Source: Escherichia coli
Lineage (GTDB): Bacteria; Pseudomonadota; Gammaproteobacteria; Enterobacterales; Enterobacteriaceae
Strand: one strand, 5' to 3'
Assembly (NCBI RefSeq): GCF_003334305.1
Contig: NZ_QOWS01000002.1
DNA: 64,000 nucleotides
In this document: positions 21,059 to 38,560 of the stretch, piece by piece
How the letters are laid out: each line of letters opens with the position of its first letter
Numbering within the stretch: the first letter of the stretch is position 1
Notes under the pieces: generated by a model
Database searches by the model: none
What the model was told of the DNA's origin: nothing
Seen by the model: the letters and a program-made list of their open reading frames with translations, nothing else
Position numbers and translations under genes: made by a program

Positions 21059-21811
21059 GATGAAACCCCGCTTTTTTTATTGATCGCACACCTGACAGCT
21101 GCCTCTAAAATAGAAGCACCAGAAGTACTGACAGATGTTGCACTGCTGTGTGTAGTAATAAATCAGCCCTAAATGGGTAAAATATAAAACTAATGGATTA
21201 CATCTGATTTCAATCTAGCCATTACAAATCTTAAATCAAGTGTTAAACATGTAACTAAATGTAACTCGTTATATTAAAATGTTAATCTTAAGGTTTTATT
21301 AAGTTTAGAAATGATAGAAAAGTTGTACATTTGGTTTTTATTGCACAATTTTAAAAAATCATACAAATGGTGATAACTTACTAATAATACATATAAAAAA
21401 TATTTCGGTGTAGTCCTTTCGTCATGTAAAACGTTCTTGTTTTTTCTCCGCACCTCCGTGGACAATTTTTTACTGCAAAAAGACGAGGTTTGTCACGGCT
21501 TGTGCGCAAGACATATCGCAGCAATCAGCGACGGGCAAGAAAAATGACTGTCTGGTGATTTTTGATAGCGGAAAACGGAGATTTAAAAGAAAACAAAATA
21601 TTTTTTGCGTAGATAACAGCGTATTTACGTGGGTTTTAATACTTTGGTATGAACAAAAAAAGAAAAATACAACGCGCGGGTGAGTTATTAAAAATATTTC
21701 CGCAGACATACTTTCCATCGTAACGCAGCGTTAACAAAATACAGGTTGCGTTAACAACCAAGTTGAAATGATTTAATTTCTTAAATGTACGACCAGGTCC
21801 AGGGTGACAAC
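21059..21811. promoter_or_regulatory. csgD-csgB divergent intergenic control region
   Basis: 753-bp AT-rich intergenic region between divergent csgDEFG and csgBAC; known to carry both promoters, many regulator sites and the csgD 5' UTR. Confidence 0.8.
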
Positions 21812-22267
21812 ATGAAAAACAAATTGTTATTTATGATGTTAACAATACTGGGTGCGCCTGGGATTGCAGCCGCAGCAGGTTATGATTTAGCTAATTCAGA
21901 ATATAACTTCGCGGTAAATGAATTGAGTAAGTCTTCATTTAATCAGGCAGCCATAATTGGTCAAGCTGGGACGAATAATAGTGCTCAGTTACGGCAGGGA
22001 GGCTCAAAACTTTTGGCGGTTGTTGCGCAAGAAGGTAGTAGCAACCGGGCAAAGATTGACCAGACAGGAGATTATAACCTTGCATATATTGATCAGGCGG
22101 GCAGTGCCAACGATGCCAGTATTTCGCAAGGTGCTTATGGTAATACTGCGATGATTATCCAGAAAGGTTCTGGTAATAAAGCAAATATTACACAGTATGG
22201 TACTCAAAAAACGGCAATTGTAGTGCAGAGACAGTCGCAAATGGCTATTCGCGTGACACAACGTTAA
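21812..22267 (+). CDS. csgB: Minor curlin nucleator CsgB
   Basis: Recognised sequence (MKNKLLFMMLTILGAPGIAAA...). Confidence 0.95.
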   Translation: MKNKLLFMMLTILGAPGIAAAAGYDLANSEYNFAVNELSKSSFNQAAIIGQAGTNNSAQLRQGGSKLLAVVAQEGSSNRAKIDQTGDYNLAYIDQAGSANDASISQGAYGNTAMIIQKGSGNKANITQYGTQKTAIVVQRQSQMAIRVTQR

Positions 22268-22307
22268 TTTCCATTCGACTTTTAAATCAATCCGATGGGG
22301 GTTTTAC

Positions 22308-22763
22308 ATGAAACTTTTAAAAGTAGCAGCAATTGCAGCAATCGTATTCTCCGGTAGCGCTCTGGCAGGTGTTGTTCCTCAGTACGGCGGCGGCGGTAAC
22401 CACGGTGGTGGCGGTAATAATAGCGGCCCAAATTCAGAGCTGAACATTTACCAGTACGGTGGCGGTAACTCTGCACTTGCTCTGCAAACTGATGCCCGTA
22501 ACTCTGACTTGACTATTACCCAGCATGGCGGTGGTAATGGTGCAGATGTAGGTCAGGGCTCAGATGACAGCTCAATCGATCTGACCCAACGTGGCTTCGG
22601 TAACAGCGCCACTCTTGATCAGTGGAACGGCAAAAATTCTGAAATGACTGTTAAACAGTTCGGTGGTGGCAACGGTGCTGCAGTTGACCAGACTGCATCT
22701 AACTCCTCCGTCAACGTGACTCAGGTTGGCTTTGGTAACAACGCGACCGCTCATCAGTACTAA
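22308..22763 (+). CDS. csgA: Major curlin subunit CsgA
   Basis: Gly/Asn/Gln-rich repeats; recognised sequence. Confidence 0.97.
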   Translation: MKLLKVAAIAAIVFSGSALAGVVPQYGGGGNHGGGGNNSGPNSELNIYQYGGGNSALALQTDARNSDLTITQHGGGNGADVGQGSDDSSIDLTQRGFGNSATLDQWNGKNSEMTVKQFGGGNGAAVDQTASNSSVNVTQVGFGNNATAHQY

Positions 22764-22784
22764 TACATCATTTGTATTACAGAA

Positions 22785-22809
22785 ACAGGGCGCAAGCCCT
22801 GTTTTTTTT
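22785..22809 (+). terminator. Rho-independent terminator after csgA
   Basis: ACAGGGC-GCAA-GCCCTGT followed by T8. Confidence 0.7.
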
Positions 22810-22821
22810 CGGGAGAAGAAT

Positions 22822-23585
<764 letters not shown>

Positions 23586-23679
23586 GTTTCTGAACAACGC
23601 ACGTTGCTGAGCAGAAAAATGCGATTTAACCAAAAAGCCTGCTGTACACTTAAGAAACAAGAAGGTGTAAGGAGGCGTT

Positions 23680-24213
23680 ATGAAAACGCGTATTCATGTT
23701 GTGCAGGGTGATATTACCAAACTGGCCGTTGATGTGATTGTGAATGCGGCTAATCCGTCATTAATGGGAGGCGGCGGCGTCGATGGGGCCATTCATCGCT
23801 CAGCGGGTCCGGCCCTGCTGGATGCCTGTTTAAAAGTCAGGCAACAGCAGGGCGATTGCCCTACGGGGCATGCCGTTATTACGCTTGCAGGCGCTCTTCC
23901 CGCTAAAGCCGTAGTGCACACCGTCGGGCCAGTCTGGCGTGGTGGTGAACAAAACGAAGACCAGCTTTTGCAGGATGCCTATCTCAATAGCCTACGACTG
24001 GTGGCGGCAAACAGCTATACGTCAGTGGCTTTTCCTGCAATCAGTACTGGGGTTTATGGTTACCCTCGTGCGGCAGCGGCTGAAATCGCAGTTAAAACCG
24101 TTTCAGAATTTATTACCCGTCACGCTTTACCCGAACAGGTATACTTTGTCTGTTATGATGAAGAAAACGCCCACCTCTACGAAAGACTCCTTACCCAACA
24201 AGGAGATGAATGA
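23680..24213 (+). CDS. ymdB: Macro-domain O-acetyl-ADP-ribose deacetylase YmdB
   Basis: Recognised sequence and synteny. Confidence 0.95.
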   Translation: MKTRIHVVQGDITKLAVDVIVNAANPSLMGGGGVDGAIHRSAGPALLDACLKVRQQQGDCPTGHAVITLAGALPAKAVVHTVGPVWRGGEQNEDQLLQDAYLNSLRLVAANSYTSVAFPAISTGVYGYPRAAAAEIAVKTVSEFITRHALPEQVYFVCYDEENAHLYERLLTQQGDE

Positions 24214-25636
24214 TTTGCCCCGGCTGGCGAGCGCGGTGCTGCCACTGTGTTCGCAACATCCCGGTCAGTGTGGTCTTTTCCCTCTGGAGAAAAGTCTGGA
24301 TGCGTTTGCCGCCCGGTATCGTCTGGCCGAAATGGCAGAGCATACGCTGGATGTTCAGTATTACATCTGGCAGGACGATATGTCGGGTCGGTTACTGTTT
24401 TCCGCCCTGTTAGCCGCAGCAAAGCGTGGCGTTCGCGTCCGTTTGTTGCTGGACGACAACAATACGCCCGGACTTGACGACATTTTACGCTTGCTTGACA
24501 GCCATCCCCGCATTGAAGTCCGGCTTTTTAATCCTTTCTCGTTTCGCTTGCTGCGTCCGCTTGGTTATATCACCGACTTTTCCCGTCTCAATCGCCGTAT
24601 GCACAATAAAAGTTTCACTGTCGATGGCGTGGTGACGCTGGTAGGGGGGCGAAATATTGGTGATGCCTATTTTGGGGCAGGGGAAGAGCCACTTTTTTCG
24701 GATTTAGATGTTATGGCAATAGGGCCCGTGGTAGAGGACGTTGCCGATGATTTCGCCCGCTACTGGTATTGCAAATCGGTTTCACCCTTACAGCAAGTGC
24801 TGGATGTCCCGGAAGGTGAAATGGCGGATCGCATCGAGTTACCCGCCTCCTGGCATAACGATGCTATGACGCATCGTTACTTACGCAAAATGGAATCCAG
24901 TCCGTTTATAAATCATCTGGTTGATGGAACGTTGCCGCTTATCTGGGCGAAAACACGTTTATTAAGTGATGATCCGGCGAAAGGGGAGGGCAAGGCAAAA
25001 CGGCATTCACTGTTACCGCAGCGCCTGTTCGATATCATGGGCTCACCCAGTGAACGCATCGATATTATCTCTTCCTATTTTGTACCGACACGCGCAGGTG
25101 TGGCGCAACTCTTACGGATGGTGAGAAAAGGGGTAAAGATTGCGATCCTAACCAATTCTCTTGCCGCTAACGATGTTGCTGTCGTCCATGCCGGATACGC
25201 GCGCTGGCGCAAAAAATTGCTCCGCTATGGCGTGGAATTATATGAACTCAAGCCGACGCGTGAACAAAGTAGTACGTTACACGATCGCGGCATAACCGGT
25301 AATTCCGGAGCCAGCCTGCATGCTAAAACCTTTAGCATCGATGGTAAAACGGTGTTTATCGGCTCTTTCAATTTCGATCCGCGTTCAACATTGCTCAATA
25401 CTGAAATGGGCTTCGTGATAGAGAGCGAAACGCTGGCACAGTTAATTGATAAACGCTTTATTCAGAGCCAGTATGATGCGGCCTGGCAGCTCCGTCTGGA
25501 CAGGTGGGGACGGATCAACTGGGTTGATCGTCATGCAAAGAAAGAGATTATTCTCAAAAAAGAACCCGCCACCAGTTTCTGGAAGCGGGTTATGGTCAGA
25601 CTGGCGTCGATATTGCCCGTGGAATGGTTATTGTAA
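24206..25636 (+). CDS. clsC: Cardiolipin synthase C (phospholipase D family)
   Basis: Two HxK(x)4D-type motifs ([18 protein letters not shown]); start ATG 24206 overlaps the ymdB stop (ATGAATGA). Confidence 0.9.
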   Translation: MNDLPRLASAVLPLCSQHPGQCGLFPLEKSLDAFAARYRLAEMAEHTLDVQYYIWQDDMSGRLLFSALLAAAKRGVRVRLLLDDNNTPGLDDILRLLDSHPRIEVRLFNPFSFRLLRPLGYITDFSRLNRRMHNKSFTVDGVVTLVGGRNIGDAYFGAGEEPLFSDLDVMAIGPVVEDVADDFARYWYCKSVSPLQQVLDVPEGEMADRIELPASWHNDAMTHRYLRKMESSPFINHLVDGTLPLIWAKTRLLSDDPAKGEGKAKRHSLLPQRLFDIMGSPSERIDIISSYFVPTRAGVAQLLRMVRKGVKIAILTNSLAANDVAVVHAGYARWRKKLLRYGVELYELKPTREQSSTLHDRGITGNSGASLHAKTFSIDGKTVFIGSFNFDPRSTLLNTEMGFVIESETLAQLIDKRFIQSQYDAAWQLRLDRWGRINWVDRHAKKEIILKKEPATSFWKRVMVRLASILPVEWLL

Positions 25637-25643
25637 ATGTGGC

Positions 25644-26801
25644 TTAACGGGCTGGTGCTTTATCGTTCTCACGCTTAACAACCGGTTTACCAGAAAACAA
25701 AAACTTCAGTAACGGGATGCGTAAATGAATTTCATACAGAATTATCGCAATCCCTACTACGAATATCAGGCCACAGAGAAAACCAAGCCAGTTGGAGGTG
25801 ATGTGCGGTGTAATGTATGCGCCGAAAAACAGCGTTAACGGGTGGTGAACCAGATAGATAAATAGCGATGCGTTAACAAAATAAGTCACCCGCGCTGACT
25901 GGAAGTTAAGCAAACGGTGGCCAAAGGAGAAGACCACATTCACCATCCACAGACCGAGGACCATGGTGATCACTGACTCGGTTTCGTACATCCAGGCATC
26001 GCCACTGCCATAGCGCTGGTTGAGTAAATAAGCGACAAACGCCAATGCTGCAGCGAGGGTACAGCCACGAGACGGCGTGGTAAACAAGGCTTTAAGATGA
26101 GGGAAAATGAAAGCCAGTGCGCCGAGGATAAAGAACGGTAAATAAAATAGCGTTTGCATGACAATAAAATTGAACATGCCATTACTCAGAATGGGCGGAT
26201 ACACAATAAAAATCGTTCTTCTTATTACCGCATAACCGATGCCGAGGCATAAAAAAATCACCGATAGTTTTACCATCGAGAATTTTTTATTCGTTTTATC
26301 AGAATTTTCTAAATTATTTCTGATGCGCTTAAATATCCATACGCACAGCGTCGTCATGACTACTAACACCAGTAAAAACCACAGGTGTGATATTAATTCC
26401 CAGGCCAACGTATTATATTTGTCATACAATGACAGCCCAGGCCAACTTTCCGCTTTTCCTTTGACATATTGCAGCATAATAAATTGCGGTAATGTCAGTA
26501 GGGGGATGGCTGTTAACATCGGGATACCTACACGTTCGACACGTACTTTCCACCATTTTTTCAAGGGATAGCGTAAAAAAAGCATGTAGGAAAAGTAGCC
26601 GGATATAACGAAAAATACCTGCATGCGGAACGAGTGGATGAAGTCATTAAAAAGGGTCAGCCACAATGATGGTTCGGCGCTATTCACATGCCATGTATGG
26701 CTCGAATAGATTAAAGAAATATGAAAAGGGATCCCTAACAACATCAGCCAGGCGCGGATGGAGTCGAGGAAATATTCACGTTGCGCGGGTACTGGATTCA
26801 T
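25644..26801 (-). CDS. opgC: OPG succinyltransferase OpgC (MdoC)
   Basis: Polytopic membrane acyltransferase; recognised by synteny. Confidence 0.9.
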   Translation of the reverse strand: MNPVPAQREYFLDSIRAWLMLLGIPFHISLIYSSHTWHVNSAEPSLWLTLFNDFIHSFRMQVFFVISGYFSYMLFLRYPLKKWWKVRVERVGIPMLTAIPLLTLPQFIMLQYVKGKAESWPGLSLYDKYNTLAWELISHLWFLLVLVVMTTLCVWIFKRIRNNLENSDKTNKKFSMVKLSVIFLCLGIGYAVIRRTIFIVYPPILSNGMFNFIVMQTLFYLPFFILGALAFIFPHLKALFTTPSRGCTLAAALAFVAYLLNQRYGSGDAWMYETESVITMVLGLWMVNVVFSFGHRLLNFQSARVTYFVNASLFIYLVHHPLTLFFGAYITPHITSNWLGFLCGLIFVVGIAIILYEIHLRIPLLKFLFSGKPVVKRENDKAPAR

Positions 26802-27083
26802 ATATGGTTAACTAATCTCGGATTTTTCGTCTTATCCCTGTCGGGTTATGCCTTTAGGCTTGTTGCCATAGCGACACCGACCTGACCGCGCCAGGCGCAG
26901 GCTTCAAGGTTTTTATGCATAGCATCATCGCTACCACTAACCAGAATGGAAGCGTCTGTAAGACGGTTGATAAATAAAATTGCTGGCAAACCCTACACGA
27001 AGTCGATGCTTCTGTCTTTAGGAGAAGCACGGAAAGTGAAAACGGTTGCAATCAGATGCTTAATCCATGAGCCAGCGTGCTGA

Positions 27084-31266
<4,183 letters not shown>

Positions 31267-31278
31267 AAACGTAGTTGC

Positions 31279-31365
31279 CTGATGCGCTACGCTTATCAGG
31301 CCTACATCGCTCCTGCAATTTATTGATTTTGCAAGATTTTGTGGGTCGGATAAGGCGTTCACGCC
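31279..31365. repeat. REP/BIME palindromic units downstream of opgH
   Basis: GCCTGATGCGCTACGCTTATCAGGCCTAC and CGGATAAGGCGTTCACGCCGCATCCG units. Confidence 0.7.
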
Positions 31366-31395
31366 GCATCCGGCAAAAACAACGAGCCAATAAAA

Positions 31396-31422
31396 ATACC
31401 GGCGTTATGCCGGTATTTTTTT
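31396..31422 (+). terminator. Rho-independent terminator (opgGH)
   Basis: ATACCGGC-gttat-GCCGGTAT followed by T6. Confidence 0.6.
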
Positions 31423-31438
31423 ACGAAAGAGGTATTAA

Positions 31439-31666
31439 ATGCGTTTAATTGTGGTGAGCATCATGGTGACCTTGCTGAGTGGCTGTGGCAGCATTATTAG
31501 TCGCACTATACCGGGGCAGGGGCATGGCAACCAATATTATCCCGGTGTGCAATGGGATGTGCGTGACTCCGCCTGGCGTTATGTCACGATCCTTGATCTG
31601 CCATTCTCTCTGGTTTTTGATACTTTACTGCTGCCGATCGACATTCATCATGGCCCGTATGAGTGA
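31439..31666 (+). CDS. yceK: Lipoprotein YceK
   Basis: Lipobox LLSGC; 75 aa. Confidence 0.85.
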   Translation: MRLIVVSIMVTLLSGCGSIISRTIPGQGHGNQYYPGVQWDVRDSAWRYVTILDLPFSLVFDTLLLPIDIHHGPYE

Positions 31667-32041
31667 TTAACGTTCATCCCACTCATCAGCTGCTGCGCGT
31701 CCTTCCTCGGTATCCAGCGGTGGCTCAAGCTGAAATTCCCCCTCGTCCCATTCATGTAATGTATTCTCTTCCTGCCACTCCTGGCGTATCTCTATCTCAT
31801 CATAGTCGCCATCAAAAACACTTTGCGCGGCTTCACCGCTAAGCATAGGTAAACATTCACCTTCTTCCCCTTCGTCGGCAAAAAACTCAACTTGCCACAT
31901 GATGTCGCCGTCCTGCAAAACGTATTTTTGGGCATTGAACTGTTGCACATTCGCATCTTCGGCGTCGATGCCGGGGTTGTCTGCAAGAAATTCTGCGCGT
32001 GCAGCGTCAATGGCTTCTTCAAGCGTTGCGTACATGGTCAT
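31667..32041 (-). CDS. msyB: Acidic protein MsyB
   Basis: Highly acidic 124-aa protein; recognised. Confidence 0.9.
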   Translation of the reverse strand: MTMYATLEEAIDAARAEFLADNPGIDAEDANVQQFNAQKYVLQDGDIMWQVEFFADEGEEGECLPMLSGEAAQSVFDGDYDEIEIRQEWQEENTLHEWDEGEFQLEPPLDTEEGRAAADEWDER

Positions 32042-32123
32042 CACGATTCTCCCTTTGAGTTGATGAGGTTTCAGGGAAAAGGATAGCTGATTCTCCGCTT
32101 TTGCAAGTATGAAAGGCGAAAAA

Positions 32124-33350
32124 TCAGTTCGATACCTGGGGTATTCGACGACGACGTAGACTGTTCCATGAATAGACTGCGTTGAATAACACTACGCCAG
32201 CGGTGACGAGAAATACCGCTCTGAAACCGTAGTTCGCTGAAATCGCTGCTCCCATCAATGGTCCGGTAACGTTGCCAATATCACGAAACGATTGGTTATA
32301 GCTGAAGATACGCCCGGCGATCTGGTTGCTCGAGTTGTAAACCAACAGTGTCTGTACGGCGGGGAGTAGTGCACCATCGGCGGCACCGAGCAAAAAACGT
32401 AAAATCCCAAGTTGCAATGGCGTCTGAACGTAAGACATTGGGATCAACAGCAGTACAGAAAAGATCAGCGCTGTAATCAGGATCTTTTCGGGTCCGATTC
32501 GATCGCCAAGTTTGCCGAGTCGTGGTGCGCTTAGCAGAGCCGCCACGCCTGGCACCGAGGCGATCATGCCACTGATAAAGGCGACGTTACTGACGTTACC
32601 CGCCAGTTCGCGGACATACAGCGTCAGAATGGGGGCAATTGAGCCTGTCGCCACCTGGATGATTAACGTGGTGACAAACAGGCTGAGTACCAGTTTCGGG
32701 TTTTTAAGTGATGTCACCACTTCCCGCATGTGCAGCATCTCTTTTTTGCTGACCGGCTGGAATTTTTCTCTGATGCAGAACAGGGTGACGAAAAAGCAGA
32801 GTATGAGCACACTGGCGGTAATAAAGAATACCGGACGTAAGCCGTAGCTATCGGCGAGCAGGCCGCCAGCCATTGGGCCGAGCAACGCACCACTAACGCC
32901 GCCTGTGGAGAGCGTACCCAGCGCCCAGCCGCTTTTATTACGCGGTACTTGTGTGGCGATAAGAGCATTAGCGTTGGGGACAAATCCGCCAAGTAACCCA
33001 AGAAGCGCCCGTAGGATCAAAAACTGCCAGATATTTTGTGCCAGTCCCATCAACACCATCACGATGCCCATGCCGAGGGCAGAGCGTAATAGCATGAGTT
33101 TTCGGCCTTTACGGTCGGCGAGTCCACCCCAAAACGGTGAGGCGATGGCCGAAAATAAAAATGTAATGCTGAAGACAATACCGGACCACATATTCAGGGC
33201 GGAGTGACCGGTAACGCCAAGCTGCTCAACGTAGAGGGGTAAGAAGGGCATTACCAGACTGAAGGCGGCCCCGGTAAGAAAACAGCCTAGCCAGGCGACG
33301 ATCAGGTTTCGTTTCCAGTTTATAGGGGTGTCATTTTCACAGGGTGACAT
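32124..33350 (-). CDS. mdtG: MFS multidrug efflux transporter MdtG
   Basis: Recognised sequence and synteny. Confidence 0.93.
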
Positions 33351-33521
33351 AGCAATCCGCTGTTGGTGCGCCAGGCGCGGTGAACATAAGAAGAAAAGAT
33401 AAGCACACTAATTATGCGCCCGACTTCCAGGGGGCGCAATCCAGAGAGCTTTTATCGCTAAATCAGGGGGATTTGCTGTGGTAATGCCGGATGCCATTCT
33501 GAAGCATCCGGCATGGGAGAT

Positions 33522-34442
33522 TTAATAGCGTGAAGGAACGCCTTCCGGGCGTGTTTTAAAGCGACGGTGTAACCACATATACTGCTCTGGTGCCATCATG
33601 ATGCATTTTTCGACCACTTTGTTCATCCACGCGGCGGTAGTTTCGGCATCATCCAGTGGCGGAGAACACTCTGGCGGCAGCATAATCAATTGATACCCTT
33701 TGCCATCTGGCTTACGGCGTGGAACGAAGGGCACCAGACATGCGCCGGACATCCGTGCCAGCATCCAGGTTCCGGTCGTGGTCGCAGCCTGCTCAACGGC
33801 AAATAACGGGACGAAAACGCTTGAGCGCGGGCCGTAATCATGATCCGGTGCGTACCAGACCACTTCGCCTTTTTTCAGGGCTTTAATCATGCCTTTTAAA
33901 TCTTTGCGGTCGAGCATCGATTTATTTGAGCGCAAACGGCCCCAGGTTTGTAGCCAGTCAATCAGTGGATTATCGTTCGGGCGGTAAACGCCAATCCCCG
34001 GTTCCTGCATACCAAACTGCCGCGCACCCAGCTCCAGTGTCAGAAAATGGATGCCAACTAACAGGATGCCGCGTTTTTGCGCCTGCACGTCACGAATGTG
34101 TTCCATGCCGATCACTTCCGTCCAGCGGGCGATTCGGCGGTCCGGCCAGAACCACGCCATGCCGGTTTCCATCAGGCCCATGCCAACGGATTCGAAATTC
34201 TTCACCACCATTTTACGGCGTTCTTGTTCGCTCATTTCCGGGAAGCACAGTTCCAGGTTGCGATGCACAATTTTTGCGCGTCGTTTCATAAAACGTAACG
34301 CCAGTTTTCCTAATCCACAACCGAGGCGGTAGATAACCGGGTAGGGCAATTGCACGACTAACCAAAGTACGCCAATACCCAACCAGGTTAACCAATAACG
34401 CGGATGAAGCAGTGCGGTGGAGAACTTGGGTAGATTCGTCAT
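33522..34442 (-). CDS. lpxL: Lipid A lauroyl acyltransferase LpxL (HtrB)
   Basis: Start placed at [17 protein letters not shown]; 306 aa. Confidence 0.93.
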
Positions 34443-34666
34443 ATCAATCCTGTTTTTCAACCTATTCGGGCAATTGTATGTATTGTCGCATTTTTTCGCC
34501 CGCAACCAAAATTTGTGGCTGAAGACTGGGCGAAATTGCCGCGCTTGTAAATAACAAATAATTTTTAATGCGCAAATGTAGCGTAAAATGTGTGGATGTT
34601 AATTATCGATAATTGCTATATCATGCCGCGGATTTTTACTTTCCCATCTCGCAGGAACCGTACACC

Positions 34667-35719
34667 ATGCCAGTGTTACACAACCGCATTTCCAACGACG
34701 CGCTAAAAGCCAAAATGTTGGCTGAGAGCGAACCGCGAACCACCATTTCGTTTTACAAGTATTTCCACATCGCCGATCCTAAGGCGACCCGTGACGCTTT
34801 ATATCAGCTGTTTACCGCGCTGAATGTTTTTGGGCGAGTGTATCTGGCGCATGAGGGCATTAACGCGCAAATCAGCGTACCTGCGAGCAATGTTGAAACA
34901 TTTCGCGCGCAGCTCTATGCCTTCGACCCGGCTTTAGAGGGTTTACGCCTGAATATCGCGTTGGATGATGACGGGAAATCCTTCTGGGTACTGCGCATGA
35001 AGGTACGCGATCGCATTGTTGCCGACGGTATTGACGATCCTCACTTTGATGCCAGCAATGTTGGTGAGTATCTGCAAGCGGCGGAAGTGAACGCCATGCT
35101 TGACGATCCCGATGCACTATTTATCGACATGCGTAACCACTATGAGTATGAAGTGGGGCACTTTGAAAACGCGCTCGAAATTCCGGCAGATACCTTCCGT
35201 GAGCAGCTGCCAAAAGCAGTCGAGATGATGCAGGCACATAAAGATAAAAAAATCGTCATGTACTGCACCGGCGGCATTCGTTGTGAAAAGGCCAGTGCCT
35301 GGATGAAACATAACGGATTCAACAAAGTCTGGCATATCGAGGGCGGAATTATTGAATACGCCCGTAAGGCGCGCGAGCAGGGCTTGCCGGTGCGTTTTAT
35401 TGGCAAAAATTTTGTTTTTGACGAGCGGATGGGCGAACGTATATCGGATGAGATTATCGCGCATTGCCACCAGTGCGGCGCGCCGTGCGACAGCCATACC
35501 AACTGTAAAAATGATGGCTGCCACCTGCTGTTTATTCAGTGTCCAGTATGTGCGGAAAAATACAAAGGTTGTTGTAGTGAGATTTGCTGCGAAGAAAGCG
35601 CGTTACCGCCAGAAGAACAGCGACGCCGTCGGGCAGGACGTGAAAATGGCAATAAGATCTTTAATAAGTCTCGTGGACGTCTGAATACAACACTGGGCAT
35701 TCCTGATCCAACGGAATAA
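34667..35719 (+). CDS. yceA: Rhodanese-domain tRNA U34 hydroxylase TrhO (YceA)
   Basis: Start placed at [16 protein letters not shown]; 350 aa. Confidence 0.9.
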
Positions 35720-35760
35720 ATATCATTGCCGGATGCGTGCCATCCGGCAACATTTCACTC

Positions 35761-36336
35761 TTACTTCTGCTGTACGCCTTCCACTGAAATAATCAGATCC
35801 ACTTCCTGAGAAGCTGGACCTAAATCTGTCTTGATATTGAAGTCCTTGAGCTTAATTTTGCCTTCGGCCTCGAAGCCTGCACGTTTACCACCCCATGGGT
35901 CGTCGCCCTGACCAATTAATTTCGCTTCCAGCGTGACGGGTTTGGTTACGCCATTCAGCGTCAGATCGCCGGTAATATCCAGTTCGTCACCGTCTTTCTT
36001 CACGCTGGTGGAGGTGAATGTTGCCTGTGGATATTTTGCGGTATTGAGGAAATCTGCACTGCGAAGATGTTTATCGCGTTCGGCGTGATTAGTATCGACG
36101 CTGGTGGTGTTAATTGTCACATTCACTTTATCGGCAGCCGGATTTTTTTCGTCAAAGGTAAAAGTACCGTCGAAATCTTTAAAGGTGCCGTATAACCAGC
36201 TATAGCCAAGGTGCTGGATGCGGAAATTAACAAAGGCGTGCTGACCTTCTTTGTCAATTTTGTAATCGGCGGCAACCGCTGAACCGGCAGAGAACATCAG
36301 GGACGCGAAGGTTAAACCAAGCAGGCTTTTTTTCAT
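35761..36336 (-). CDS. yceI: Periplasmic protein YceI
   Basis: Signal peptide; recognised. Confidence 0.92.
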
Positions 36337-36339
36337 TTT

Positions 36340-36906
36340 TTATACTCCATAGTCAGATGACGACTTTCCCAGCATGCGCTTCAGAGTGTCGTCTTTATCG
36401 ATGAAATGATGCTTCAGGGCCATAAATCCGTGCATAACGGACAGTACTACGACGCTCCACGCGAGCCAAAAATGCAGGGCACCGGCAAAGTCTGCCTGTG
36501 CGCCAGCGTCGGCAAGGGTCGCGGGGACGTCAAACCAGCCAAAAACGCTGATCGGTTTACCATCGGCAGTTGAGATCAGATAGCCGCTGATGCCGATGGC
36601 GAACAGCAATAGGTACAATGCGAGATGTCCAGCCTTTGCGGCAAGACGAGTCATGGGCGAATAACTCGGCAGCGGACCCGGCGGTGGAGATATGACACGC
36701 CACAGAACGCGAATAACCAGCCCCATCATTAACAAAATACCGATGCTTTTATGCAGTTCGGGTGCTTTGTGATACCAGCCATCGTAATAACTGAGCGTGA
36801 CCATCCACAGACCTAAAGCAAACATGCCGTAGACAATAATTGCGCTTAGCCAATGGAAGGCCGCAGATATAACACCATAGCGTTCAGGGGTATTTGTGAA
36901 TGACAT
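36340..36906 (-). CDS. yceJ: Cytochrome b561 family protein YceJ
   Basis: Start placed at MSFTNTPERYGV; 188 aa. Confidence 0.9.
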   Translation of the reverse strand: MSFTNTPERYGVISAAFHWLSAIIVYGMFALGLWMVTLSYYDGWYHKAPELHKSIGILLMMGLVIRVLWRVISPPPGPLPSYSPMTRLAAKAGHLALYLLLFAIGISGYLISTADGKPISVFGWFDVPATLADAGAQADFAGALHFWLAWSVVVLSVMHGFMALKHHFIDKDDTLKRMLGKSSSDYGV

Positions 36907-37166
36907 AAGTGCATCCAATGCGAATTTGCGAGAGAAAGAAAATGGCGTGTCGGAGAATGAATTGCAACACAAAAATAACAAATTGAATGATATTTATTTT
37001 TATTTCAATAATTTTGAATTAATAATGAAAGAATCTTCATAAGTTTAGTGGGTTCAGCATCAGAGATGTCTGGTGAGTGCTGTAGAAGCAGGAATAATCT
37101 CATTCAATTTTTCACGCTAAATGAAAGGGAGATTAAATATTTGTCAGTTTATGTCAGTGCGGAAAA

Positions 37167-37307
37167 CTAAAAATAAAACACATAGATCAGATCCATAATT
37201 GCCAACAATCCCCAGAGAAAAAGATAAAGCATCAGATGCTCGCGAATATTATTGATGAGATAGTGCAACAGCCGACGCATTAAATACTCCTGTAAAAACG
37301 GCCTCAT
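37167..37307 (-). CDS. yceO: Small hydrophobic protein YceO (46 aa)
   Basis: Minus-strand [49 protein letters not shown]; below the size cut-off of the ORF track. Confidence 0.6.
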
Positions 37308-37327
37308 TCTGGAGGCCGTAATGATGA

Positions 37328-38446
37328 TTATTGGAAGCGGGAAAGCCTGAATGGCGTCAAATCAAAATCGCTTTTTTTGTCTTGCGCAAAATCGGCAGCT
37401 ATTTCCCCTAAAACTGACGCAAATTTAAAACCGTGCCCACTCAGGCCGGTAATGAGCAGTGTATTATCGTGGCCGGGTAGGGTATCGATAATAAAATCTT
37501 CGTCAGGCGAATTATCATAGGTGCAGGCAGCGCCGTACAGGCAGCAACCGATACCCGGCAATACATTGCGCAAGAACGGGAAGGCTTCCGAACCATCGCT
37601 GACCACTTCCGCAAACGGAACACGTTCATCCGCTGAATGGATAACCTGGCCTCCGTTATGTTTGCCAATCTTCAACGCGTCGTTTTCTGCCGGAAAACCA
37701 TAATATTGATCGCCATTGGGCAGTTCACCGGTAAACGCCGGGAATTTATTCTTCACGCTATAGCGGCCATCGGCCTGATACCAGGCAAATACTTTACGTA
37801 CGGGCTGGACAGGCAGCTCCGGGAGCAGGTCTTTTACCCATGTTCCCGCGCAGACAATCGCTTTTTTCGCCTGATACTCACCGTCAACGGTTTCAATAGT
37901 TACGCCATCATCGTCATGACGAATTGCGGTGACCGGGCAGTTGAACAGTTGCGCACAGCCCGCTTCCTTCGCCAGTTGGATCCAGGTTTTAATCGCCAGT
38001 TCGCTGCGCAAAAAACCGGAATCAGTCTCAAATAAGCCGATGTAGTTGTCCGGGACGCGTATTTCTGGCCAGCGGGCCATAATCCCTTGCGCATCGAGCT
38101 TTTCAACGTTGAGTTGCCACTGTTCGGCGCTGTGGGCGACGTTGGCGAGAAATGCGGAGTCAGCCGGGCCGAGGTTAATGACACCAGAGCGTACAAAAAT
38201 GGGATCATCTTCGTTGTGGCGGGAAAGTTCATCCCACAGCGTTTGCGCGCGGAGGACCAGCGGGACATACTTTTCGCCTTCACCATAAGCATGGCGAATT
38301 AATCGCGTATCGCCATGGTGGCTGCCGTGTTGATGCGGTGGCATATGGGCGTCGGTCATTAGCACGTTTAAACCGGCGCGGGTTGCATAATACCCGGCGG
38401 CAGCGCCTACGGAACCGCTGCCAATAATGATGAGATCGTATTTCAT
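37328..38446 (-). CDS. solA: N-methyl-L-tryptophan oxidase SolA
   Basis: N-terminal FAD fold [15 protein letters not shown]; recognised. Confidence 0.95.
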
Positions 38447-38560
38447 TTTTTTCTCTCTGCTCTCATGGTTTAAGCAGAGTAATTAACTGAATGCAGATAT
38501 ACAACCCAGAAATGGTAAAGGCACCGGTGAGGTGCCTTTTGGGTGGATGGTCATGTCATG

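Noticed and set aside
33486-33512. Hairpin GCCGGATGC-cattctgaa-GCATCCGGC just downstream of lpxL
   Set aside because: No U-tract on either strand. Likely a REP-like stabilising hairpin; not enough evidence to call it a terminator or regulatory element.
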